Source: Rhodobacter maris
GTDB lineage: Bacteria > Pseudomonadota > Alphaproteobacteria > Rhodobacterales > Rhodobacteraceae
DNA length: 64,000 nucleotides
NCBI GenBank assembly: GCA_943369275.1
Contig: CALRMS020000014.1
Coordinates: 747-64,746, forward strand
Direction: 5' to 3'
Translations under genes and position numbers: made by a program
In this document: positions 47,203-55,446 of the stretch, piece by piece
Position numbering within the stretch: the first letter of the stretch is position 1
Layout: every line of letters begins with the position of its first letter
Notes under the pieces: generated by a model
What the model was told of the DNA's origin: nothing
Databases searched by the model: none
The model's input: only the letters and a program-made list of their open reading frames with translations

Positions 47203-47631
47203 ATGCGTGCACCCGTCATCCTGAACCTGTCCCTACTGATCCTGTTCCCGGTGGCATGGTTTGCGCCGCTTTTGCGCGCGGGCCTGTTGCCGTTGTTCGG
47301 CCTGTCTGAAATTTCGGTCATCACCGGCCTTCAGGCGCTCTGGGACACCGATCCCGCTCTGGCGGCATTGGTGGCCCTCCTCGCCCTCGTCGCCCCCTAT
47401 GCCAAGGTGATCGGACTTGCTCTGATCGACTTTCACCTGTTGTCGCACCGCGCCCTGCCCGCCCTGCGTCTGCTGGGCCGCTTTGCCATGGCGGACATCT
47501 TTCTCGTCGCGCTCTACATCGTGCTGGCCAAGGGCACCGGGTTCGGCACCATCGAAACCGCATGGGGCCTGTGGCTTTTCACTTTCTGTGTCGCGCTCTC
47601 CCTGATCCTCACCCACCGTCGCCGCCCTTGA
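47203..47631 (+). CDS. single-repeat PqiA-like (paraquat-inducible protein A family) membrane protein
   Basis: 142 aa with four hydrophobic helices. The LGRFAMADIFLVALYIVLAK segment resembles the PqiA signature. About one third the size of a canonical two-repeat PqiA. Confidence 0.58.
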   Translation: MRAPVILNLSLLILFPVAWFAPLLRAGLLPLFGLSEISVITGLQALWDTDPALAALVALLALVAPYAKVIGLALIDFHLLSHRALPALRLLGRFAMADIFLVALYIVLAKGTGFGTIETAWGLWLFTFCVALSLILTHRRRP

Positions 47632-47656
47632 ACCCCCGGCCCCCAACCGCTACCCA

Positions 47657-49021
47657 ATGGGCATGAGCAAATCCGCCCCCGCCTTCACCTGCACCGCCTG
47701 CGGCACCGTCCACCGCAAATGGGCGGGCAAGTGCGATGCCTGCGGCGCATGGAATTCCATTATTGAAGAGGCTCCCCTCTCCTCCGGTCCCAAATCGCTG
47801 GGCGCCAAGGGCCGCACCATCCCCCTCACCGACCTGACGACCGAGGAGACCCCGCCCCCCCGCGCCGCCTCGGGGATGGATGAATTTGACCGCGTCCTCG
47901 GCGGCGGCCTCGTGCCAGCCTCCGCCATCCTCGTGGGCGGCGATCCGGGCATCGGAAAATCCACCCTGCTGCTCCAAGCCACCGCCAGTTTCGCCCGGCG
48001 TGGCCTGAAATGCATGTACATCTCCGGCGAGGAAGCCTCGGCCCAGGTCCGCATGCGCGCCCAACGTCTTGGCCTGACCGATGCGCCCGTGTCGCTTGGT
48101 GCAGAAACCGCGCTGCGCGACATCCTCACCACGCTGGATGCCGAACGCCCCGACCTTGCCGTGATCGATTCGATCCAGACCATGTGGCTGGATACGGTCG
48201 AGGCCGCCCCCGGCTCCGTCTCGCAGGTCCGCGCCGCCGCGCATGAGCTTGTCACCTTCGCCAAACGGCGCGGCGTCGCCGTCATCCTCGTCGGCCACGT
48301 GACGAAGGAAGGCCAGATCGCCGGGCCCCGTGTGGTGGAACACATGGTCGATACCGTCCTTTATTTCGAAGGCGAACGCGGCCACCAGTTCCGCATCCTG
48401 CGCGCGGTGAAAAACCGCTTCGGCCCCGCCGATGAAATCGGCGTGTTCGAGATGACAGGTGATGGGCTGGCGCAGGTCACCAACCCCTCGGCGCTGTTCC
48501 TGTCCGATCGTGGCCAGTCCAGCCCCGGCTCGGCCGTCTTTGCGGGCATAGAGGGCACGCGGCCTGTGCTTACCGAAATTCAGGCCCTCGTCGCGCCCTC
48601 AAATCTCGGCACCCCGCGCCGCACCGTGGTTGGCCTCGATTCCGGCCGCCTCTCCACCATCCTTGCCGTGCTGGAATCCCGCTGCGGCATCCCCTTTGCT
48701 GGCCTCGATGTGTTCCTCAACGTCGCAGGCGGCATGCGCGTGTCGGAACCCGCCGCCGATCTGGCCGTCGCAGCCGCGCTGCTTTCCGCCCGCGAAGATG
48801 TGGCCCTGCCGCCCGATATGGTGCTTTTCGGCGAAATCTCCCTCTCCGGCGCCCTGCGCCCTGTGGGGCAAACGGAAAACAGGTTGAAAGAAGCCTCGAA
48901 ACTTGGTTTCTCACAGGCGATTGCGCCGGACCGTTCCAAACTTGGGGCGGACACGGGGATGCGGGTGCGCCAGATGCCCGATCTCACGGCCTTTGTGGGC
49001 GAGATGTTCGGGGCGGGCTGA
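47657..49021 (+). CDS. radA: DNA repair protein RadA/Sms
   Basis: 454 aa. Zinc finger CTACGTVHRKWAGKCDACGAWNS, Walker A GDPGIGKST, KNRFG motif and Lon-like C-terminal domain. Confidence 0.93.
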   Translation: MGMSKSAPAFTCTACGTVHRKWAGKCDACGAWNSIIEEAPLSSGPKSLGAKGRTIPLTDLTTEETPPPRAASGMDEFDRVLGGGLVPASAILVGGDPGIGKSTLLLQATASFARRGLKCMYISGEEASAQVRMRAQRLGLTDAPVSLGAETALRDILTTLDAERPDLAVIDSIQTMWLDTVEAAPGSVSQVRAAAHELVTFAKRRGVAVILVGHVTKEGQIAGPRVVEHMVDTVLYFEGERGHQFRILRAVKNRFGPADEIGVFEMTGDGLAQVTNPSALFLSDRGQSSPGSAVFAGIEGTRPVLTEIQALVAPSNLGTPRRTVVGLDSGRLSTILAVLESRCGIPFAGLDVFLNVAGGMRVSEPAADLAVAAALLSAREDVALPPDMVLFGEISLSGALRPVGQTENRLKEASKLGFSQAIAPDRSKLGADTGMRVRQMPDLTAFVGEMFGAG

Positions 49022-49052
49022 CCCCCTCGGCAGGACAGGAGCAGGACGGCAA

Positions 49053-49646
49053 ATGGAAGGTTTCACCCTGATCGACGCGGTTGTCGCGGGCATTATCGTG
49101 CTGTCGGCGATCCTCGCCTATTCGCGCGGTTTCGTGCGCGAGGCGATGGCCATCGTCGGCTGGATCGGGGCGGCCCTCGTGGCCTTCCTCTTTGCCGCCG
49201 CCGTGCAGCCCCTTGTCAAGGAACTGCCCGTTGTGGGCGAATTCCTTGGCGACAGCTGCGAATTGTCCATCATCGCCGCCTTCGCGCTTGTCTTTGCCGC
49301 AGCGCTGATCGTGGCCTCGCTCTTTACGCCGCTCCTGTCCTCTGCCATCCACCGCACCGCGCTGGGCGGGCTGGATCAGGGTCTTGGCTTCCTGTTCGGC
49401 GTGGTGCGCGGCGTGCTGCTCGTTGCCGTGGCGTTCATCGTCTATGACCGCGCCGTGGCCGCCAATGCCATCCCCATGGTCGATGACAGCCGCTCGGCCA
49501 AGGTCTTCGCCTCGTTTCAGGAAAACATCGACGCGCAAATGCCGTCTGATGCCCCCGGCTGGATCGTCGCGCGCTACAACGACCTGACCCAGGTCTGCGT
49601 CGGCACCGCCGCCCCGGCTGAAGCCGCCCCGGCTACCTCAGGCTGA
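49053..49646 (+). CDS. cvpA: CvpA family membrane protein
   Basis: 197 aa from ATG 49053, hydrophobic. Conserved radA-cvpA-purF synteny. Confidence 0.8.
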   Translation: MEGFTLIDAVVAGIIVLSAILAYSRGFVREAMAIVGWIGAALVAFLFAAAVQPLVKELPVVGEFLGDSCELSIIAAFALVFAAALIVASLFTPLLSSAIHRTALGGLDQGLGFLFGVVRGVLLVAVAFIVYDRAVAANAIPMVDDSRSAKVFASFQENIDAQMPSDAPGWIVARYNDLTQVCVGTAAPAEAAPATSG

Positions 49647-49766
49647 TCGCTGCAAACACCGCTGCTGTCATACCCCGGCACCGCCGCAGCGCGGCAAAGG
49701 GGACGTGACAGCAGCATGACAAAGCACTAGATCAGACGCATTCCCATCCCCGGATTCGGAGGCCCC

Positions 49767-51230
49767 ATGCGCCCCTTCCCCACCCACCCCTTCGATGATG
49801 ACAAGTTGAAGGAGGAATGCGGTGTTTTCGGCGTGATCGGCGTCGCCGATGCGGCCAGTTTCGTCGCCCTTGGCTTGCACGCCCTGCAACATCGTGGCCA
49901 AGAAGCCGGCGGCATCGTCACCTATGATCCCGAACAGGGCTTCAATTCGGCCCGTCGATTCGGCTATGTCCGCGACAACTTCACCAAGGCCGACGTGATG
50001 GACACGCTGCCCGGTGAACTGGCCATCGGCCATGTCCGGTATTCCACCGCAGGCTCCAAAGGCTCTACCGCTATCCGCGACGTGCAGCCCTTCTTCGGGG
50101 AATTCTCCATGGGCGGCGCCGCCATCGCCCATAACGGTAACCTGACCAACGCCTACGCCCTGCGCCGCGAATTGATCGAACGCGGCTCCATCTTCCAGTC
50201 CTCATCGGATTCGGAATGCATCATCCACCTGATGGCCCGCTCCATCCAGAAGACGATCCCCGAACGCATCAAGGATGCACTGCGCCGGGTTGAGGGCGCC
50301 TTCTCCGTTGTCGCCATGACGCGCACCAAACTGATCGGCGTGCGCGATCCTTTGGGCGTGCGCCCGCTCGTGCTTGGGCGCATCGCGGATCATGGCTGGG
50401 CGCTGTCGTCGGAAACCTGCGCGCTGGATATCATCGGCGCCGATTTCATCCGCGAAATCGACCCCGGCGAAATGGTCGTGATCGAGAATGACAAGGTGGA
50501 AAGCTTCCGCCCGTTCTCCCCCGCGAAGTCGCGCTTCTGCATCTTCGAACATGTCTACTTCTCCCGCCCCGACAGCATCATCGGTGGCCACTCGGTCTAT
50601 GAAACCCGCCGCCAGATTGGCGTGGAGCTGGCCCGCGAAGCCCCGGTCGAAGCTGATCTGGTCTGCCCGGTTCCCGATTCCGGCACGCCCGCTGCCATCG
50701 GCTATGCCGCCGAATCCGGGATCCCCTTCGGCCTTGGCATCACCCGCAATCAATATATGGGCCGCACCTTCATCGAGCCCACCGAACAGATCCGCAACAT
50801 GGGCGTGCGGCTAAAGCTGAACGTCAACCGTGCGCTGATCAAAGGCAAGCGGGTGATCCTCGTGGACGATTCCGTCGTCCGCGGCACCACCTCGCGCAAG
50901 ATCAAGGACATGATCCTTGATGCCGGCGCCGCCGAGGTGCATTTCCGCATCGCTTCACCGCCGACCGCCTGGCCCTGCTTTTACGGCGTCGACACGCCCG
51001 AACGCTCAAAACTCCTCGCCGCCACCATGTCCGAGGATGAGATGCGCGACTGGATCGGAGTGAACAGCCTGAAATTCGTCTCGCTGAACGGTCTCTATCG
51101 TGCCGCGGGCGAGGCCGCAGGCCGCGATCCCGCAAATCCTCGCTATTGCGATGCCTGCTTCTCGGGTGATTACCCGGTTGCCCCCTCCGACAAGATTGAA
51201 GAGGGCTTCCAAATGAAAGCCGCACAGTAA
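49767..51230 (+). CDS. purF: amidophosphoribosyltransferase
   Basis: 487 aa. Propeptide followed by the Ntn catalytic Cys (EECGVFGV), PRPP loop VILVDDSVVRGTT, C-terminal Cys ligands. Confidence 0.93.
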   Translation: MRPFPTHPFDDDKLKEECGVFGVIGVADAASFVALGLHALQHRGQEAGGIVTYDPEQGFNSARRFGYVRDNFTKADVMDTLPGELAIGHVRYSTAGSKGSTAIRDVQPFFGEFSMGGAAIAHNGNLTNAYALRRELIERGSIFQSSSDSECIIHLMARSIQKTIPERIKDALRRVEGAFSVVAMTRTKLIGVRDPLGVRPLVLGRIADHGWALSSETCALDIIGADFIREIDPGEMVVIENDKVESFRPFSPAKSRFCIFEHVYFSRPDSIIGGHSVYETRRQIGVELAREAPVEADLVCPVPDSGTPAAIGYAAESGIPFGLGITRNQYMGRTFIEPTEQIRNMGVRLKLNVNRALIKGKRVILVDDSVVRGTTSRKIKDMILDAGAAEVHFRIASPPTAWPCFYGVDTPERSKLLAATMSEDEMRDWIGVNSLKFVSLNGLYRAAGEAAGRDPANPRYCDACFSGDYPVAPSDKIEEGFQMKAAQ

Positions 51231-51595
51231 TGCCCGGCGGGGTGGCCGAGGTGGATGCCTACCTCGCCGCCCTCCCCCCTGCGCCGCAAGCGGCCCTGCG
51301 CGACTTGCGCGCTACGCTCGCGCGGCTCCTGCCTGATCATGTCGAGACGATCTCCTATGCCATGCCCGGTTTCCGCCAGCCGGGCCCCAAGGGAAAGATG
51401 ATCGCAGGCTACGCCGCCTTTGCGCGGCATCTGGGTCTCTATCCCCATTCCGGCACCATCCTGCCCCAACTCATCTTGGAAACCACCGGCTACAGAACCT
51501 CAAAAAGCGGCATACTCTTCACCCCGGACCGCCCCCTTCCTACAGGCCTCATTCAACGTATTGTCGCCCTCCGTCAGGCCGAGTTGGCAAACTGA
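51230..51595 (+). CDS. DUF1801 (YdhG-like) domain protein
   Basis: 121 aa. The start overlaps the purF stop (TAATG). The VDAYLAALPP...ISYAMPGF pattern is typical of the family. Confidence 0.65.
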   Translation: MPGGVAEVDAYLAALPPAPQAALRDLRATLARLLPDHVETISYAMPGFRQPGPKGKMIAGYAAFARHLGLYPHSGTILPQLILETTGYRTSKSGILFTPDRPLPTGLIQRIVALRQAELAN

Positions 51596-51620
51596 CCCGT
51601 TCTTCAGGGCTTGTGTCCCA

Positions 51621-51672
51621 GCCCTTGCCCCTCGGCCCTTGCCCCTCGGCCCTTGCCCCTCGGCCCTTGCCC
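51621..51672. repeat. 14-bp tandem repeat, about 3.7 copies (GCCCTTGCCCCTCG)
   Basis: Read directly. Perfect copies, 14 nt upstream of the 39-nt dispersed repeat. Confidence 0.9.
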
Positions 51673-51685
51673 AGTCTTCTCTGTT

Positions 51686-51724
51686 CAAATATCCCACGGG
51701 GGTCCGGGGGTGTGAAACCCCCGG
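51686..51724. repeat. 39-nt dispersed repeat, copy 2
   Basis: Identical 39-mer to 12054-12092, same orientation, in the gap between the DUF1801 and SDR genes. Confidence 0.85.
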
Positions 51725-51788
51725 GGCCCGTCACAGAAAACCACGTCACAGAAAACCCCATAGCCGCCCCCGCAACCCAAGGCCCGAT

Positions 51789-52448
51789 ATGACCCAGAAA
51801 ATCGCTCTCGTCACCGGCGCCTCCCGCGGCCTGGGGGCAGCCATGGCCGAACAACTGGCCCTGCGCGGCTGGCATGTGGTGGCCATCGCCCGCACCGTGG
51901 GCGCGCTCGAGGAATTGGATGACCGGGTCAAATCCGCGCATCTGCCGGGCGCGGGTAACCTTACCCTCGCGCCAATGGACATCACCAACGACGATGCCAT
52001 GCGCCACCTTTGCCGATCCATCCACGATCGCTGGGGCCATCTGGATCTTTGGGTTCATACCGCGGTTCACGCGGCACCGCTTGCCCCTGCGGGCAGCCTT
52101 GATGCCAAGGACTGGGAAAAATCCATCGCCACCAACACCCGCGCCACCGGTACGCTGATCCCGATGGTGGAACCCCTGCTGCGCGCCGCAGCACAAGGCA
52201 CGGCGCTGTTCCTTGATGATCCCAAGGCGGGAGCCAAGTTCTACGCCGCCTATGGCGCAACAAAGGCCGCGCAGATCGCCCTCGCCCGCTCATGGGCTGC
52301 GGAAAACGCCAAGCACGGCCCGCGCGTTGTCATTGCCGAACCGGCACCGATGCCCACCGCCACCCGCGCGCGCTTTCATCCCGGTGAAGACCGCGGCACC
52401 CTTGCCGATCCACGAACTGAGGCTGCACGCATTCTCGATGCCCTCTGA
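51789..52448 (+). CDS. SDR family oxidoreductase
   Basis: 219 aa from ATG 51789. ALVTGASRGLGAA cofactor motif and YGATKAA catalytic motif. The track start at 51420 crosses repeat-rich non-coding DNA. Confidence 0.8.
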   Translation: MTQKIALVTGASRGLGAAMAEQLALRGWHVVAIARTVGALEELDDRVKSAHLPGAGNLTLAPMDITNDDAMRHLCRSIHDRWGHLDLWVHTAVHAAPLAPAGSLDAKDWEKSIATNTRATGTLIPMVEPLLRAAAQGTALFLDDPKAGAKFYAAYGATKAAQIALARSWAAENAKHGPRVVIAEPAPMPTATRARFHPGEDRGTLADPRTEAARILDAL

Positions 52449-52524
52449 CTAACATGTCAGTTTGCCCTTGCCCCCGCGCCCGGCATCCGCTTCACTACAA
52501 GGCAAAGGAATAAGGGACAGGATC

Positions 52525-53259
52525 ATGCGCCTCTCAGGCAAAACCGCCTTCTGCACCGCCTCTGGCGCCGGGATCGGGCTCGCCACCGCCCGCGCGTTCA
52601 AGGCCGAAGGCGCCCGCGTGATCGCCACCGATATCAACAGCAAGGCCGTTGAGGCGCTGCGCGATGAAGGGATCGACGCCCACCGCCTCGACGTGACTGA
52701 TGCCACCGCCATTGCGGCCATCGCCGCCATGGCAGGCCCGGTGGACATCCTGTTCAACTGCGCAGGCTTCGTCCACGCTGGCACCATCCTCGACTGCGAC
52801 GAAAAGGATTTCGACTTCTCGGTCGAACTGAACGTGAAGTCGCTCTACCGCGTCACACGCGCCTTTCTGCCCGCCATGCTGAACAATGGTGGCGGCTCCA
52901 TCATCAACATCGCCTCAGTGGCCTCCTCGATCATCGCCGCCCCCAACCGTTTCGTCTATGGCGCAACCAAGGCCGCGGTGATCGGCATCACGAAATCCAT
53001 CGCCGCCGATTACGTGACCCGCGGCATCCGCTGCAACGCGATCTGCCCGGCCACTGTCGAATCCCCCTCGCTGGAACAGCGCCTGCGCGCCACCGGCGAT
53101 TACGAAGCCGCCCGCGCCGCCTTCATCGCGCGCCAACCCATGGGCCGCATCGGGCAGCCCGAGGAAATCGCCCATCTGGCGGTCTACCTCGCCTCGGACG
53201 AGTCCGCCTTCGTGTCAGGGCAGGCCATCAGCATCGACGGTGGCTGGACCAATATCTGA
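52525..53259 (+). CDS. SDR family oxidoreductase
   Basis: 244 aa from ATG 52525. TASGAGIGLA and YGATKAA motifs. Confidence 0.85.
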   Translation: MRLSGKTAFCTASGAGIGLATARAFKAEGARVIATDINSKAVEALRDEGIDAHRLDVTDATAIAAIAAMAGPVDILFNCAGFVHAGTILDCDEKDFDFSVELNVKSLYRVTRAFLPAMLNNGGGSIINIASVASSIIAAPNRFVYGATKAAVIGITKSIAADYVTRGIRCNAICPATVESPSLEQRLRATGDYEAARAAFIARQPMGRIGQPEEIAHLAVYLASDESAFVSGQAISIDGGWTNI

Positions 53260-53270
53260 TCCGCCAGAGC

Positions 53271-53371
53271 GGGAAATTTTCCAAAGGAAAATTTCCCTGA
53301 AGGCCTTCTCCGAAGGCCCCGATTTTTCGCAGAAAAATCGCCCAAAGAAAATTCTTCTCAGAAGAATTTTC
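53271..53371. repeat. four consecutive hairpins between convergent SDR and PLP-enzyme genes (array C)
   Basis: GGGAAATTTTCC-AAA-GGAAAATTTCCC (53271-53297), GGCCTTC-TCC-GAAGGCC (53302-53318), CGATTTTTC-GCA-GAAAAATCG (53320-53340), GAAAATTCTTC-TCA-GAAGAATTTTC (53347-53371). Confidence 0.85.
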
Positions 53372-53376
53372 GCTCC

Positions 53377-54492
53377 TCACACAACGTCAAGCGCCGCGCT
53401 GATCCCGTCCCATAGCGCCTCAACAGGCTCCACCCCGATGGACAGACGCAAGAAGCCCTCCGGCACCGCATCGCCCCAGCGCGCCCGTCGCTCGCCCGCA
53501 GAATGGGTGGACCCAAAGGATGTGGTCCGCGCCATGTAGGGGCAGGCTTCCAGAAAGCGTTCCGCCACATCGGCATTGTCCAGCGTCATCCCGATCAGGA
53601 ACCCGAACCCCCGCGCCTGCCGCGCCGTCACGGCATGGGACGGATCCCCCAGCAACCCCGGATAGCGCAAGCCGCGCACCTTGGGATGTACCGACAGCCG
53701 CTCAGCCACCACCTGCGCGCTGGCGCACATGCGCGACAGGCGCAGTTCCAGCGTCTCAATCCCGCGATGCACCAGCCAGGCCTCGAACGCCCCCGGCACG
53801 GCACCGGACAGCTTTCGCCAATCGCGCACCTTCTGCATCAGGCCCGCATCCCGCCCTGCCACATGTCCAAACAGCACATCCGAATGACCACCCGGCGCCT
53901 TGGTATCCGCCGCCACCACCAGATCAGCGCCCAAGTCCAGGGGGCGCTGCAACACGGCCGTCATCGTGGTATTGTCCACGATCACCACCGCCCCCGCCGC
54001 CTTGGCCCGTGCCGCCACAAGGGCGATATCGCACACCTCCAACCCCGGATTGGAGGGCGTCTCGATATAGACGATCCCTGCTCCGGTAAAGTCTGCCTGC
54101 GCCATGTCCACTGTCGGCACATAGTCCAACTTCACGCCAAACGGCTTCAGGAACTGATCCGCAAACAACCGCACGGTGTAATAGCCATCCGATGGCAGCA
54201 CGACCCGCCCGCCCGGCACCACTGCCGCAAACAGCGCCGCCGAAATCGCAGCCATGCCCGACGGAAAACTCACACATGGCGCGCCTTCCAGCACCGCCAT
54301 CTGCGCCTCGACCTCTTCCCATGTCGGCATCGACATGCGGCCATAGATGAACCCACCCACATCCGACCGGGGCAGATGATAGGTGGCCGCGCTCACCAAG
54401 GGTGGCGTCACCGGATCGCCCTGTTCCAGCCGCGCTGCGCGATGGTGCAGCAGGTCGGCAAAGCGGCGGTCGTCGTCGGGGCGGTAGGTCAT
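53377..54492 (-). CDS. Cys/Met-metabolism PLP-dependent enzyme (cystathionine gamma-synthase/beta-lyase/gamma-lyase family)
   Basis: 371 aa from ATG 54492. PLP-lysine region ADTKAPGGHSDVLFG. Last gene of the minus-strand operon. Confidence 0.82.
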   Translation of the reverse strand: MTYRPDDDRRFADLLHHRAARLEQGDPVTPPLVSAATYHLPRSDVGGFIYGRMSMPTWEEVEAQMAVLEGAPCVSFPSGMAAISAALFAAVVPGGRVVLPSDGYYTVRLFADQFLKPFGVKLDYVPTVDMAQADFTGAGIVYIETPSNPGLEVCDIALVAARAKAAGAVVIVDNTTMTAVLQRPLDLGADLVVAADTKAPGGHSDVLFGHVAGRDAGLMQKVRDWRKLSGAVPGAFEAWLVHRGIETLELRLSRMCASAQVVAERLSVHPKVRGLRYPGLLGDPSHAVTARQARGFGFLIGMTLDNADVAERFLEACPYMARTTSFGSTHSAGERRARWGDAVPEGFLRLSIGVEPVEALWDGISAALDVV

Positions 54493-54546
54493 CGGCAGGT
54501 CTCCTTCACCTGCCGAACCTGTCCCGCCACGCGACAAAGCGCAAGG

Positions 54547-55446
54547 TCACTCCAGCCGCGCCGGGAACCCTTCGGCCCGCAAGTCGGTGCCCAGCGCATC
54601 CTCCAGCAGCTTCACGATCTGCGTCGATTGCGCGCCCCCGCCATAGACAGCCTTGCCCTTCATGAAGGTCTGGTTGGTCATCGCGGCCAAGTCCAGCGGC
54701 ACCCCGAATTCACGCCCGAATCCCATCGCAAAGCCAAGATCCTTCAGCGCCAGATCCATCGAGAACGCGATGTCATAGCTGCCGTTCAGGATCAGCTGCC
54801 CCTCTGTCTCGTGGACGAAGGAACTGCCTGATGAGGCCGCAATCGCCTCCCAGGCGGTCTTCAGGTCCAGCCCGCCGCGCTTGGCCAGCATCAGCGCCTC
54901 GCCGTCGGCCACAAGATGGATGAAGGCCAGCATGTTGGTGATCACCTTGATCACCGCCGCACTGCCCAAAGGCCCCATGTGGAAGATGCGGTTCCCGATC
55001 GCCTCCAGCGCAGGCTTGTGCATCTCGAACAGATCGGCATCGCCGCCCACCAGCACGGTGATCTCCCCCCGCGCCGCAAGATGCACGCCCCCTGTGACGG
55101 GGGCCTCCAACAGCCGCACTCCGCCCGTCCGCGCCAGCCCCGCCAGCCGCAGGATATCATCCCGCCCCAGGGTCGAGTTCTCGATCCAGGTCGCGCCGGG
55201 TTTCATCACGGTCAGCAATTGCGCCAGAACCGCCTCGGATACAGCAGGCGACGGCAGGCAGGTGAACACATGGTCCACTTGCGCGGCCACTTCGGCCGGG
55301 CCTTCGGCCACTGTCGCGCCCATCGCCCGGTGCCGTTCGGCCAAAGCGGGATCGCGGTCATAGACCACCACCTCATGCCCTGCCCGGATCAGGCTCGCCG
55401 CCAGATGCCCACCCAGATTGCCCAGACCCACATATCCATATTTCAT
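54547..55446 (-). CDS. NAD(P)-dependent beta-hydroxyacid dehydrogenase (3-hydroxyisobutyrate dehydrogenase family)
   Basis: 299 aa from ATG 55446 (ATGA overlap with the ALDH stop). YVGLGNLGGHLA dinucleotide-binding motif. Confidence 0.85.
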   Translation of the reverse strand: MKYGYVGLGNLGGHLAASLIRAGHEVVVYDRDPALAERHRAMGATVAEGPAEVAAQVDHVFTCLPSPAVSEAVLAQLLTVMKPGATWIENSTLGRDDILRLAGLARTGGVRLLEAPVTGGVHLAARGEITVLVGGDADLFEMHKPALEAIGNRIFHMGPLGSAAVIKVITNMLAFIHLVADGEALMLAKRGGLDLKTAWEAIAASSGSSFVHETEGQLILNGSYDIAFSMDLALKDLGFAMGFGREFGVPLDLAAMTNQTFMKGKAVYGGGAQSTQIVKLLEDALGTDLRAEGFPARLE

